64,000 bases of DNA from Malacoraja senta. Lineage: Eukaryota. A program made the translations under genes and the position numbers. The stretch's first letter is position 1, and each line of letters starts with the position of its first letter. Shown here piece after piece: positions 63,730-64,000 of this stretch. The stretch covers positions 930,001-994,000 of the forward strand of contig CM075991.1 of assembly GCA_038087875.1 (NCBI GenBank). The letters are read 5' to 3'. The notes below the pieces were generated by a model. It had not been told where the DNA came from, made no database searches, and saw only the letters and a program-made list of their open reading frames with translations.

Positions 63730-64000
63730 CAACCACATTCCGGGTATTCTGGTCACCTAGCTGTGCCTCCACTCCCTGCCTACAAACAAGAATTCAAGCA
63801 GGAGGTTCCGGTGCAGAGAGTTGTGAAATGCTGGTCAACGGACGCGGATGACATCTTACGCAACTGCTTTGAGTTAGTGGACTGGTCCATATTCAGGGAT
63901 TCCACAGCTAACCTGAATGAGTACGCCACTGCCATGACTGACTTTATCAGCAAGTGTGTGGAAGACTGCGTGTCGACAAAGTCAATCATGGATGATGATG
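63730..64000 (+). mobile_element. Rex1/Babar-like LINE fragment
   Basis: Translates to LPAYKQEFKQEVPVQRVVKCWS...LRNCFELVDWSIF...TDFISKCVEDCV, typical of the post-endonuclease region. Confidence 0.7.

Overview
Vertebrate nuclear DNA. The repeat complement (HER1-like CR1 LINEs, HE1/V-type SINEs, dense Penelope-like ends) points to a cartilaginous fish, probably a skate or ray; this is an inference. The whole window lies inside one minus-strand gene, a cytosolic purine 5'-nucleotidase II family member. Eight internal coding exons (96, 92, 58, 94, 54, 84, 42 and 108 bp; 628 bp total) have canonical GT-AG ends and splice into one open frame. The protein is NT5C2-like but diverged, most likely the nt5c2l1/NT5DC4 paralog. 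The introns are a layered set of transposons: CR1, L2, L1, RTE, Rex1, Penelope-like elements (PLEs), V-SINEs, Tc1, PIF/Harbinger MITEs, tandem Helitrons and a shattered hAT fossil. The most interesting signals are self-cleaving-RNA motifs in short non-coding retroelements. (1) A ~125-bp element at 8283-8407, flanked by a target-site duplication (TSD), whose first base is also the first base of an HDV/CPEB3-like ribozyme fold; a second, 5'-truncated copy lies at 32588-32679. (2) Roughly two dozen PLE-end insertions, many carrying minimal hammerhead motifs and several arranged as hairpins. All family assignments come from recognising motifs by eye; no database search was run.
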